A stretch of DNA of 64,000 nt, taken from positions 10,937,751-11,001,750 of the forward strand of contig NW_003526941.1 in assembly GCF_000181795.1 (NCBI RefSeq), written 5' to 3'. The notes beneath the pieces were generated by a model that did no database searches, was not told where the DNA came from, and saw only the letters and a program-made list of their open reading frames with translations. A program made the position numbers and the translations under genes. Below are positions 1 to 14,907 of this stretch, piece by piece (position 1 is the stretch's first letter; each line of letters begins with the position of its first letter). This DNA comes from Trichinella spiralis. Lineage: Eukaryota.

Positions 1-2350
1 GAAGGTAATTTTTGATTAGCTGTATTTTTACTTTCACATGTAGTATTGACATTTTTATCAAATTTATTGAAAAAATTAAAGGGTTATTTTTTTTTCAGCT
101 TGTCCAGATGAACTTTTTAATGAATTATGCAAAAGTCCTGCATCTAAACGAATCAAAACACTGAAAGAAATAAACATCGCATTTACTCCATATGAATCTC
201 AAGTATTATATTACGTTTTATTTCATTCTTGTTTATTCGTGGTTTTTCATATTTATAAATTGTTATTACATTGACCTCATCAATAATAATTTATATTTGC
301 ATTCATAAATCGATACTATCGAATTGATTACGCATGTTTCGATAATGATGAACTGCCAGTTTGTTGTTTGTTTACTGTAAACATTAGTCCCTGACTATCA
401 TTTTAAACCAGCTTTCAGCTTTTTGTGTGGATAATTTAATTATTTTAAATTACTATTTTTGTGACGCAGTGCATTTTTTTTAGGTATATACGTTGGATAG
501 TCCTGAGACTTTTCAATTATTTTACAATCCGTTGAAGCAAGGTGGTTTGATTGCAAACATGGAACGCATTGCAGAGCAAATAGCTACAGTTTGTGCTACA
601 CTCGGAGAATATCCAAGCGTTCGTTATCGCAGCGATTTCGAACGCAACGTCGAATTAGCACACTTGGTACAACAGAAGCTGGATGCTTACAAAGCTGATG
701 AACCGACAATGGGAGAGGCGAGATTTCTATTTTTTTTACTTTTCGTAATAGACTTTTGAATAATTTGCGTTTGCAAAAAAATTTCAGGGATCAGAAAAAG
801 CACGATCACAACTTTTGATTTTGGACCGTGGATTTGATGTTGTTTCACCGTTGCTGCACGAATTGACTTTCCAAGCAATGGCGTACGATTTGTTCGACAT
901 TGAAAATGATGTGTTCAGGTTGTGTTGCAATGGAAGAAGCGATTATATTTGTTTACATGATTTTTTTAATTTCAAGTTTTTTAGATATGAAACAGGTGCT
1001 GGCGGTGAGCATATAGACAAAGAAGTTTTGTTAGACGAAAATGATGATCTTTGGACTGATTTACGCCACAAACACATTGCCGTAGTATCACAGTACGTAT
1101 TGTTTATTCGTTGTAATTCTTCTTGTACACAAGTGAGTTATAATTTTAATTGTTTAAAGGGAAGTAACGAAAGGCTTGAAAAAATTCATGGAAGGAAAAC
1201 GGGGTGTTGCTACAGATATGAAAAGTATCAAAGATTTGTCAAATTTAATTAAGAAAATGCCACAATACCAGAAAGAATTGAACAAATATAGCACGCATTT
1301 GCATCTCGCTGAAAAGTGCATGCAACGCTATCAAGCTGGTGTCGATAAACTGTGCAAAGTGGAACAGGTAATTTGTTGAATTGTTTGTCTTATTTTATTA
1401 AAATTTATTGTTTTTTAGGATTTAGCTATGGGTTGCGATGCGGAAGGAGAAAAAATTCGTGATCCTGTCAAATTGATTACACCGTTATTGATTGAACCAT
1501 CAGTTGATCACATGGATAAGATTCGATTGATAATGTTGCACATTTTGACAAGGAACGGTATTGTGAACTTGAAATATTCTACTTTATTATGTATTCAGTT
1601 TTTTGTTGTATTTTTGTAGGTATATCTGAAGAGAATTTGACTAAATTACTTCAGCATGCCAACATCCCGCCACAAGAAAAAGCAACGATCGTCAACACTG
1701 GCTTTCTCGGTTTGAACATCATTACTGAAGTTAGTAATGGAACTGAAATTTTTATTCTGTGATTAATTTTTTTTGCAATTTAGGCCGGCAAAAAACGCGT
1801 TTGGCAACCGAATCGTAAAGAACGCATCGGTGAACAGACTTATCAAACTTCTCGTTGGACACCAGTTTTGAAAGATATTGTTGAAGTAAGAAAAAGAAAT
1901 TATTTTATGCAAATCAAAGCATACAATATAAATTATTATTGTTTTCACTTGTATTGTAGGATGCAATTGATGATAAATTGGACCAAAGACATTTTCCGTT
2001 TCTGGCTGGCAGGCAAGCAGTTCCCTCCTACCGTACACCAACTAGCGCTCGTTATGGCCAATGGCACAAAGATCGTGGTCAGCATGTTTTTTACAGATCT
2101 GGTCCGAGATTGATTGTTTTTATCGTCGGTGGACTCACTTATTCAGAAATGCGCTGTGCATACGAGGTGACGCGTGAAAAGAAAACATGGGAAGTTGTCA
2201 TTGGTGAGTCATCATCACCATCAGTCATCCAGTTCAAAAACTGTATGATGATAAATTATTTTTCTTATCCCAGGTTCCGATCAACTGATCACACCCAGAA
2301 AATTTTTGGAAAATTTGTCGAAATTGAACCAGCCGGTGTCGGATGCTTGA
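1..2350 (+). CDS. unc-18: Sec1/Munc18-family syntaxin-binding protein (UNC-18/STXBP1/Rop), multi-exon, 5' end outside the window
   Basis: Spliced exons translate to [34 protein letters not shown] (99-202), [10 protein letters not shown]...[22 protein letters not shown]...[10 protein letters not shown] (484-717), [35 protein letters not shown] (from 788), [39 protein letters not shown], and [24 protein letters not shown]. The last exon ends at TGA 2348-2350. All are hallmark Munc18 segments. Confidence 0.96.
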
Positions 2351-2924
2351 TGGCTAAACAAAAATAGATGAATTGACCGTGGCTGCTACGGCAGTGAGAA
2401 AATTTTTGTTTTGCCGCATACAGATATAGTTTGTTTTAATCGTTGTGGTCATATTATATATTTTTTCCAAGTATCCCAGCTTTATTTTCGTTGAGTGTTA
2501 ATTGTTTATTTCTGTTGGTGCGATGATATATGTATGAAGATTCATGTTGATGACACTGAAACTGAAAAACCACTGGATGGTGTCGTTTAAAAAAGATATT
2601 TACTTATTAATGATATTGATTATTATTCATCTTCGAAAGTGACAGGCACCGACCAAACTGCTTTGCTATGCAAATTACACAAAGTCAAGTTTGAAGAATT
2701 TTGCCAACAAAAACTGAAGACAGGCAGACACCCACACACCTTAAGACCTTCTTAACATAAAAAATCGTAATTTTTTTTCTTGTCTCAAGGCAGCGGGAAA
2801 CTTTTTTACAATTTAAAAATATTTGCTTTAACAAAATTTAAGAGAAAAATGAAAGTTAACTGGAATTTTCACGTATATCAGCAAAGAAGCTGGAAGAAAC
2901 GAATTGGCAAGGAACAGCATGTTT

Positions 2925-5286
<2,362 letters not shown>

Positions 5287-6558
5287 TATAAACAACTGCA
5301 CTTTGACAGAAAACACTAACTAACCATCGAGAAACTGTGCTATTGGAAAAAACAATGTAAATACAGTAATCAGCAGAAGCTGAATAATTGTCAAAAAAGT
5401 ACACGATAATTGCTGGATACTCTGATCAAGTTCAGGACAAAGAATTCGCGATCAAGCAACGACCACAATGTTTGTCCGAGCACAGATGACGCATCGAATT
5501 AGAACTACACATAAAGATAACTAGGTAAAGCATTACAAAACGACAGTACTGTGCGACGACGATAGTGAAATAATTTCGATGACGATTATTTAAATGCTAA
5601 TTTTAAAAACTGTTGAGTAAGTATATCATTATTTCATATTTATAGCAATTTTACACAGAATTTATCATAATGAAATTCAAGATGTTTTCTCCAGTGAAAA
5701 GGTTTTCTGAAAATTTATTTAATAACAAATAGACAAAAAGACAAAAAATAATTAAACAAAAAATTAAACACAGCAAATTTTTACCAAAAACTGATATTTA
5801 ATAAATTTTACAAATAAACATAATTGGCCTGAAATTTCATGAGAATACTAGAGGTGAAAAATATGTTTAAAGTTGAAAATGAAAGTATTTTATAATTGTA
5901 TTATATAATTTATCTAAATCTTTTGTAAAATGTGAATTTTATAATCCAATTACAGTTTTGGGTTAATACAAATTATAACTACAGTACACTTCATTTTTCA
6001 AAAATGATATAATAGCTACAAGTAAATTTATTTATCTTTGAGTAAATAGTTATAACCAATTATTTATATTTATGAAATATATGAATATCATAAAATACTT
6101 TTGCATAAGAAGCAAAATTTTTAACTTTTGTTCATAAAGATTTCCAAGTACATAATTAAAATGCAAAAGTGCTTTATAAATAAAGTAAAATAAAATAATA
6201 ATTTACATTAATTATTAATGTCATAATATTTATTCGAGTAGTATCTTTTTTGCACTATTACTTTAAGTTTATAAAACACTTTTATTACTTTAATTTATAG
6301 TTACGTGAATATGCAGAAGAAAATAAAAAATTTCAATTATTTTTAAAAGGAAAAATTATCAAATAATTCTTAATTATAATTGTTTAATGTCCTAATTCAT
6401 TTTTTGAGGTCAAAACTAGATTTTCAGGTTTAGTTACCTATTACCTCATTTCGGTATTTGTGTTCCAAGTGTTCCACAGTAAGACTTGGTGTTGGGCACT
6501 TTAGTCATTTCATTTCTTTGTCGTTGGCAAGCGAAGTGATATCTCCCTCTGTTGCGAA

Positions 6559-9500
6559 ATGGATATTGAAGTTAAAGGAGAAAATGATTGTTATTACAAG
6601 GTGATTGCTATTTTTTTCAACAATAATTTATTTATTCCCTATAATTTTTTATTCAAATGTTATGCTTTCCGAATTAACGCGCCTTGTTCGAATGATTTGC
6701 ATCTTTTGTTTAAGGAAGTTCATTCAGCAGTTGCCGCCATTTATGTTTTAGTCGAATTTATATAGTTTTAAACATTTTATTTGCTCATTGATAGCGGCAT
6801 TTTTCTGATAATCTGTTTATTTCTCTTTTATGTGAACGCGGGAAGATCTTTTGTGTAAAAATTTATACTTGAACGTAAATGGTTCAAATCAGTTTTGATT
6901 TTTATTAGTGTATTTTTTGTGTTGATTTTGTTGTTCGGTTCTCAAAAATAATATTTTAAATTTCATGTTACGAAATATGCTTATTTACTGAATAATTTAA
7001 CTAATTTAATTCTCGAACATTACGTTGTTCACATGTGGTATTTTTATTTACATTTATTGAATTATAGGGCACAATTCAAGCCTTGCATACAAATGGAGCG
7101 CAAGTTGTTTTGGAAAATGAGTAAGAAGAAGTTCGTTATTTTTTTTTGAGCTTTGATTAAATTTCTCTTAGACCTAACACCCCAAAGTTATATCAGTACG
7201 AATATTTGCGTTTATCACCGGCCGATACTTCTGCTAAACCAATTACTTTTACGGAAGGCCAGATTGTAGAGGTATATTTTGTCAACTTATTGATAATACC
7301 TTACTTTTTAAGGTTTTCGCTTTTTAAGTGAATGTCATCTCTCCGACACTAATTTTAATGCTTGTTTGATATTATTTTTCAGGTATTTGTTTGTCCGAAT
7401 GAAGTAGAGCCCTTAGGTTGGTATCAAGCGAAAGTCCATAGCATTAAAGGCGATTTTGTTTGTGTCGACATAAACGCTCCTGTGTCATCAAAAGAAGTGA
7501 TTAGTGTCGATTTGGTTCGTCCTGTTAATTGCAGTCCGATAATTACAGCAAGCAGTTTTCGAACTACCAAAATATCTGTTCCACCTTCATTGGACGAATA
7601 GTATTTAAATATTTATAAATTTAAATATTTTTTTAATGAATAAATATATATATTTTTTTAGTTCCATGCGTCCAGATGCCCACGCTGAATTTGCTCAGCA
7701 CGTCGGACGTATTTTGGTTAATTATGATCCTCAGTCAAAACAATTGATTGTGACAGTATGTTTTGTGTTGATGATTTTTTTCAGTGGCAAGTTTTGATTT
7801 ATAAATATGATTACAGTCATGCTACGATGATGCAATTGAACGAGCCGAAATGCTAGCTGAAATGCATTTTCGTCTTTTGTCACAAAAACTTTCTCTTAAA
7901 CAACGAACCGAAGATGCAACCAAACAGTTACAAGTATGGAAACGTGCGCTTGTTCATATATGTTTAATTTAGTATTAATTTAATCTTTTATTTTTATAGA
8001 ACACGCATATCTCGCAGGACGGAATTGTGGAACAGTTCGTGGTGCCGCATTATCTGATGGGTCTTGCAATTGGTGGTCATGGATCGAATATTGCGCAGGC
8101 ACGAGCTGTCGATGGGGTAATTGACGTGAAGATAACGCCGGCCGGTGATGATATGGTTGAATTCCGGGTTATCGCAAATAATGCTAAAGCAGCTCGCAAA
8201 GCGCGAAGTTTGCTTGAGTACAGCGAAGAACCATATATGGTGCCTCGAGATATGGTGGGTAAGTAAATCTTCAACAGTATTTTTTTTTTAGTAAGTAAAA
8301 CGTTTTCTTCAAAAATCGTTTATTTTTCTTTGTTTTAGGAAAACTGATTGGTAAAAGCGGCCTTGCAATTCAAGAAATTGTGGATAAGTCAGGCGTCGTC
8401 CGAGTCAAAGTGGGCGATGAGGACTCCTCAAGAGAAAACACCGCAGAGGCAATTCTTTTAACTTTTTCTTGTTACAGTTTTGTTTATTAATATGTCACGT
8501 TGCATAACATACTTGAAAATAATTTTAGGTACCGTTTTGGTATATTGGAACAGTTGAAAGTATCAAGAACGCTCGTTTTCTTATGAGTTATCATATGAAT
8601 CATTTAAAGGTACGAACGAGCCTTCCAATTTTTCCAATTGTTATCCTGGTTAGAATTGTTGTAATGAGACATTAACATTGCAACTTTTCAAACCTAAAAT
8701 AGATGCGGTTTTATATGTTTTTTATCTTTATCTGCGTTCAGGTGGACAGTATTGATAGTATGAATATGTCTGTTGAGCGCAGGCACAAATTTCTTTTTAC
8801 ACAAGCATATGGTTAGCAGTTGTGCCCTTTCGATTTCATTAGTTTTAGATGTTGACACTGAAAAATAAATGACGTTGAAATAAATGTACATTGATTCAGT
8901 AAATTTGAACTTGTTTTTGTAGGAAATGGAGAGTCTTCGACAAGAAGCTCAGGAGTTAAATCGTCAACTCCGAGGCAGAATGACTCCACCGCATAACAAT
9001 TATTCCAACAACCAGAGTCGAAGTGAAAGGTAATTAATTTTAATTTTAGTTTCTATTTTTGTGTTATTGTTTTTTATTCTAAATTTAGGGCTTACCATTC
9101 GGATATCGAGTCGAACCCTCCAGTTCGCGGAAGAGGCGGATATGGGCGTCCGCGAGGTCGTTATATGCGGGGTATGGTGAATATGATATTAGCATCTGGC
9201 ATGAGTTGTGATTGCTCACGTTTGATTGTATTTTGTTTTGCTTTCGTTTCCGGATAGTCATTATTTTTATTTTAGTTTCACTTGTATGTGCAAACACATG
9301 TGTTTATTTTTGCATGTGCTTTTAGGCAGCTTCCGTGCTTTGGCAAAGTTGCAAGAGCGAACGCTTAAAGCGATGGACAGGAAACTGTCCATGCAGGGAT
9401 TTGAAGGTGGTGGGCACGTTTGCTTTATTTAATTTTTGTTTGTTTGCACTTGTTTTGCACACTGCATATGCTGCATTTTGATTTTACTTTTTTCATAGTG

Positions 9501-10029
9501 CAATGCAGGAATAGAATATTATTTTTATCGATGGGAAATGTTTTAGGAGCACCGCCAAACAGTGGAGGTGATAGTGATATGATGTATCAAGCTCGTGAGC
9601 GTAGACGTCAAGTTGATGAAGAAAGCAACCCAGCTCCTGAGCATCCCGAAGATCGAGGTGAATTGATTGAAAGTTACTATTCTTGTTTTGAAAAAAAGTA
9701 ATTATTGATTTTTAGATAGCGCGTCATCACAGGAAGCCGGTACCAATATGGGAATACGCCGCAATCGACGTCGTCGTGAAGGGCGTGTTCACCGTTGGAC
9801 TGGAGGCCGTGGTAGCGGTGGTAATAGACCATTCCAATCTGGTGGTGGTCGTGCTTCTAAAGAGCAGCATAGTTCGGGCGCGGAAACTGCCGAACTCTTG
9901 TCCAATGGCAAGCCGCCTCGTGCAGCAACTGGCGGAAATCCATCACAGCAGCAGCAGCAGCAACAACAACAACAGCAACATTCTATAACTGATAAATCCG
10001 GTGGCAGCTTGGTCAACGGAAGTTCATAA
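6559..10029 (+). CDS. FMR1: Fragile X family RNA-binding protein (FMR1/FXR1-like): tandem Agenet/Tudor, KH1, KH2, RGG-rich tail; multi-exon
   Basis: First exon MDIEVKGENDCYYK (6559-6600) resembles the FMRP N-terminus. Also Agenet2 GWYQAKVHSIKGDF, KH1 EQFVVPHYLMGLAIGGHGSNIAQAR, KH2 [58 protein letters not shown], and RERRRQVDEE. Stop at 10027-10029. Confidence 0.93.
9946..9978 (+). repeat. (CAG)5(CAA)4 CAG CAA coding polyglutamine tract in the last exon of the FMR1-like gene
   Basis: cagcagcagcagcagcaacaacaacaacagcaa translates as Q11 in the 9748..10029 frame. Confidence 0.9.
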
Positions 10030-10921
10030 TTTCATGGGAAAACAGCATCCATCATCAGCCGAATAACATTGATTAACGTATTATATCGTGACTCCAACTC
10101 ATATCCAGTTTTTGTCAGTTTATTTTTTTAATACTACTCTATCCTTAAGCGTTTATTCTTTCTTTTCGCTCTTTTTCTATAAGTGTGGCTTTTGCTATAA
10201 TGTGATAAAGGAAGGGAATGGGATATCCTTTTCTCTCCACACATTGATCATCATCGTTCATATTCATTCATTCATTCGAATTTCAGTTTATATATACGTA
10301 TCCAACTTCAGCATTTTAACGGCGGTTTTTCATTACTATCCATTTCAAAACAGATATTTATTGTTTGGCTTGAAATGTATTAATCGACTCGGACATGAAA
10401 AGATAGCCCAGGCTTTTTTTGAAAAAATTTCCATAGTCGTTTGTTTGCTTGCGGGAGAGAAAACATTAATCGTGTAGCCATTGTGCACGCTTGCCTATGC
10501 ACTGAAACGAGCTGTGTGAATGGAGTTGAGTGTACTTACTTTTCTTGGAATGAAAACTCAATCGAAACAGAGTGTGATGATTGTTTTTTTTGTTTTGTTT
10601 TTTTCCTGGTAAAGCGAATCTGCATGCGATAACATTTCGAAAAATGACTTATCTTTTGATGAAAATTTTTTCCACTTGTTATTCAACTAAAAGGACGTCT
10701 TATTTACAGTAGGCTTTGTCTATGTGAATGAGATGTTTTTTTTGTTTTTGTAGAATTACAATTGTAACAAAGGCACGCAAATATTTTCTTTCTTAGTGAC
10801 ACCATACATTCTTCCATTTCAGTTATATTACTGCGATAGAGATTTACCCAAACAAAAAAAGTTTTTGAAAATGTCGATTCCACTGTATTCCGTATCCTTC
10901 AGACGGCCAAAAGCAGCAGTA

Positions 10922-12417
10922 TCACGTTGCAGGGTGCCTCGATGAAATAGTTGGAAACTTGGTGTTGCTTGTGTTCAATAAACAGTTTGTTGGATTGGTT
11001 AACAAATGCCAAAAAACCGTAATACAATCAAATATGTTTTTCCATTTGATATTAATTCCAGTTAAAAATGTAAAACTGGGCATTACAAAACTATGTTGCA
11101 ATGAAATGTACACTTTTGAAATCTATTAGAAAAACATGTATCAAAAAAAATTTATTCCAAACTACCGTCTAATTTAAATAAAGTATAATCAAGATTAAAA
11201 AACTAATTTAAGCAGCACATTTTTTTCAACTGGTGTTGTACTTTGCACTCTTCTTCGACTCGGTTGCGAATGGCCGTTTCGACGGGTTTTTCGAATGCTT
11301 TCAATCCGAAACATTTCTCATATTGAGCTAATAATATTGCAAGCATGTTCGGTATCTCATTTCTAGCACACTGGCATTCCATACTTTCAAGTTGTTTCAA
11401 TTTTTCTTGGCAATGATCAGTCATACTTAACACAAAATACACAAACAGAGAACGATAAAATCAATACAGAAATATTAATAATTGCAAAATGTAAAACGAA
11501 ACATACTTCAACATGCAAACACCGACAGACGAGCAAAGCTCTCGGAAAAGCATGTCAATGCGTAAAACGTGATCGAACGAAGAGTGTTGATACTGGTGAA
11601 ATACATTGGTCAGACATTTTTTAGTATTCATAGATGAATCCAGATTTGGACAGACATTTTTCGAATTGGCCGCCCTTATCGATTTGATCGCAACAGTATC
11701 GAACAATTCATCCGGCCTAAAATTAGAAAAGAATGAATTTGTGCATCTTATTATTTCTCATTGTTTTTCGTTTAGGAACTTTTTTCCGTATTGCACCAGT
11801 CGTTTGTAATAATCAGAACGAGACGGAATATCTATATTTTCAGGAAATTCGAAGCCTGGAATCACTTTGCGTATGCATTTTTGGATCAGTTGCACGGTGT
11901 CGTTGTACGCTTCCAACATGCATTTTTCCTCATTACCGTTGTACTCACGGTCAGATGAATTACTGAACCACAGTGGATTGAGAACAATTTTAATTTCTAT
12001 TTCAGAATAAGGAGTCACGTTGGCAATGGGATCGATGCGATCAAACCGATCTGGCGTTGCACATTGGTTTCTAAAATGGTAATCCACATCAAACATTGTT
12101 AACTTGTTCAAAGTTATATTTTGCAAGCTAAATACTTTAAAATTTTTTTCGAAATATTCATTTTACAAAACATTATGCTTATCACACAATTCGTTCATCG
12201 TATCATAACAAACAACATACATGGTGAAACAGTTGCTGACTTTGGAAATGAACGTCTCTTGATCAAAGGCGGGATATTTTGTTTGCAACACATTTGCATA
12301 GTGAATGTCCAGACAGTGGAAGAAGTCTGTAATTTGTACGCCGCATTCGTAGGATTCAACTACAGACGCAACAGAACACCATATTATTGCAAGCACTCCT
12401 GCACAAGTCAGGATCAT
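10922..12417 (-). CDS. Predicted secreted cysteine-rich protein of unknown family, about 5 exons
   Basis: MILTCAGVLAIIWCSVASVVES resembles a signal peptide. ORF pieces 12163-12417, 11758-12126, 11461-11706, 11203-11442 and 10922-11113 are collinear and can be joined in frame by short GT-AG introns. Cys residues are spaced through the protein. No domain recognised, and the last exon is less certain. Confidence 0.7.
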
Positions 12418-12920
12418 GTTCCTGATGGAACGAGAAATATTATTTTGAAATTTGGAAATTTTCGCTCAGAAATTACCACTATTGACATACTTTTTCTTGT
12501 TTCAACCTTTCAAAATATTCATTGCTTTCAAATCGATCATCCCCATCCTGACATTTAACATTATGTGTGAAACGAAAATATTCAAAATAATGGCACAAAA
12601 CAATGAAAATTTAAAATTAAATAGAAATTTTCAGCTAAAGACGCCTTTATCAAAATTTAGTACTTTTTTTAAATAAAAAACATTGAATTATTATATTGGT
12701 TAAACTTTAGTGCAATTAATTACTGTAAGTCGATGGTTCAGGATTGCTTTTGCCAATATATATCTTGGCTGTCTTGACTTAAATTATCATTCGTCTTTAT
12801 TATTGAATCAGTTTAATTATTTTTATAGCATTATTTTTGTCTGCTTTCTTCGTGCATTTAAAAAATGCTATCATCATGATAATCTGAAAAGAAAACTGTA
12901 ACGAATGTTCAAATGAGTGC

Positions 12921-12931
12921 GGGGGCGTGGC
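12921..12931 (+). promoter_or_regulatory. Sp/KLF-type GC box between two divergent secreted-protein genes
   Basis: GGGGGCGTGGC stands out in very AT-rich intergenic DNA and is followed by TATA-like gtatataat at about 12969. Confidence 0.3.
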
Positions 12932-13736
12932 GTTAAGTGGGTCGTTCCATTTTGCTAGCTGGGTATATGTATATAATACTGTTTTGTTAATAGAATTTTA
13001 ATTCGAATAATACTAATGATCAACTAGAGAATGGTAGTGAAAAATTAACATGAACTGACTGCTGTATAATAACTGTTAAGCTGTACTTATCGTTTTTAAA
13101 TTGTTCAAGTAGTTTGATAAAATGGTTTAAGCAGATTAGTCAATTAAGTATTATAAGTCACGCGTTGAATATTTAATCTCCAAATAGTCCATAAAATCAT
13201 CTTTTATTTAAATCTAAAAGTAGAACATTGACTTTCTATTCGCATTTCTCGCGTCATAAAAACATCAGTAATTGTATAATTAATTGTCCACTTTGTGAAT
13301 TTGTTTCAGAAAACTGCTTTGGGAGTTAAAGTTTGTTTTTTGTTGATTTTTCTTGATTTGTGTGATTTAATCAAAGTTCTGTTTTTATACGCTACTAGTT
13401 TGAAAATTTATATCAATTTATACACCCACTGGATGTCAAAATTTTATTGTTTTCTTCTTCTTCGTGTTCCTGATTGTGATCGAAGTGATTGATCAGTTTT
13501 AATTAAAAATTTGAAGCAACAGAACTGTCAACCACGCATTTCCAAACTCCCAGAGTAATGTCTTCTTGGTACCTACGCATTATGCGATGCCATCTTAGAA
13601 GCTCTCATCTAATTCATGCCTGTGGACATGATTGAACTGTGAAGTGAAATTCATCAATTGTAAACTTGATATTAAGGTAAAAGTTATTTAAACACTTGTA
13701 ATTTTAAACTAATTCAAACTGATATTATAAACATAA

Positions 13737-14907
13737 ATGATTTGCAAAGCAGTTGCGTTGTTTTTGTATATTTTTTACGGTTGGTTCAATTTATGTGCAC
13801 ACAGTGGTAAGAGGCATTTGATGCTGCATTGTATTTTTGCATAATTACATTTTACATTTTTGTTTTAATTAAATTTTTACATGTTTACATTTTAGTATGA
13901 ATGTTAATTTTTTCTATTTCAGCAAGAAGGGTTGATGAATTTACAGTTATTATACCGGAAACATCTGAAACTTGCACTGTTGAACTGAAATATGGAGTTG
14001 GATATTCTTACAGGCAGTTGGATGAAGAATATGGAATCTATTCGCTGTCAGCTTGTGTTCACTTGTGTAAAAGAAAATATTTTAATTGTGCTGCAGTTGA
14101 TTTCGATCGTCAAAGAAATGTTTGCATTTCTTTGAAACGTGCCACTGCTGATACAACGCCCTACATGAGATCTTCTGGAGACTTTGCCGTAATCACTTAC
14201 TGCTCAAAAGGTACACGTTTGTGAAAGTATTGTGCAAAAATGTTGTTTTGGTTGAAGAACATTTTCAATGGAACATTTTCTTTTGACATGAAATCTTTTT
14301 CATAATATTCATTCTATTATGCTAATTAATTTTTAGGTAGTGAAATGTTTGGAAGAAGAACTACGGACTTTAATTTCTACAACAGCGATACAACTACTCC
14401 ATCATATTCTAGTGAGGAAATTTTTTTATTAAATGGAAATATTATAATTCTCTTGTATTTGTTTTTTGAAGATTATGGAAGGTTTCGAAGCAGAACGACG
14501 AATTTTGATTTGTACGACAGTTATACAACAACTCCATCATATTATGGTATATATCTGTTCTTTTAATTTCATTAGAACTGAAAACTTTGATAATCATCAA
14601 TTGAATATTCTTCAATAACTCTTATTTGCATATTTTTGTTAGAAAATAAATTATTTTCTAATTAGGTGCTTGCCCTGATGGTGAAAATTCGTTTAAAACT
14701 TGCCTTAGCAGTTCCTCGTGTCCAGATGGTTATTATTGTAAAGATGGAAACTGTTGTCGTGACAAAGGTTCAGGAAAAGGCCGTTGTCCATTTATAAAAC
14801 CACGAAATTTTTCAAATTCAAAATTTTGTCTGTCTGACGCAGACTGCGGTTTTCATCAAAAATGCTGCAAATATGACTATCTGCAGCGGTGCACTGATAC
14901 AATTTGA
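13737..14907 (+). CDS. Secreted protein: signal peptide + PAN/apple domain + two Thr/Tyr-rich repeats + 6-Cys (WR1/CC-like) module + WAP-like domain
   Basis: Five exons joined in phase 1: 13737-13806 MICKAVALFLYIFYGWFNLCAHS; 13923-14210 ...SLSACVHLCKRKYFNCAAVDFDRQRNVC (PAN pattern); 14337-14411; 14472-14546; and 14666-14907 ACPDGENSFKTCLSSSSCPDGYYCKDGNCC...KGRCP...CLSDADCGFHQKCCKYDYLQRCTDTI*. Confidence 0.85.

Noticed and set aside
9789..10016. Minus-strand ORF with a poly-Cys run
   Set aside because: Reverse complement of the FMR1 CAG/CAA tract.
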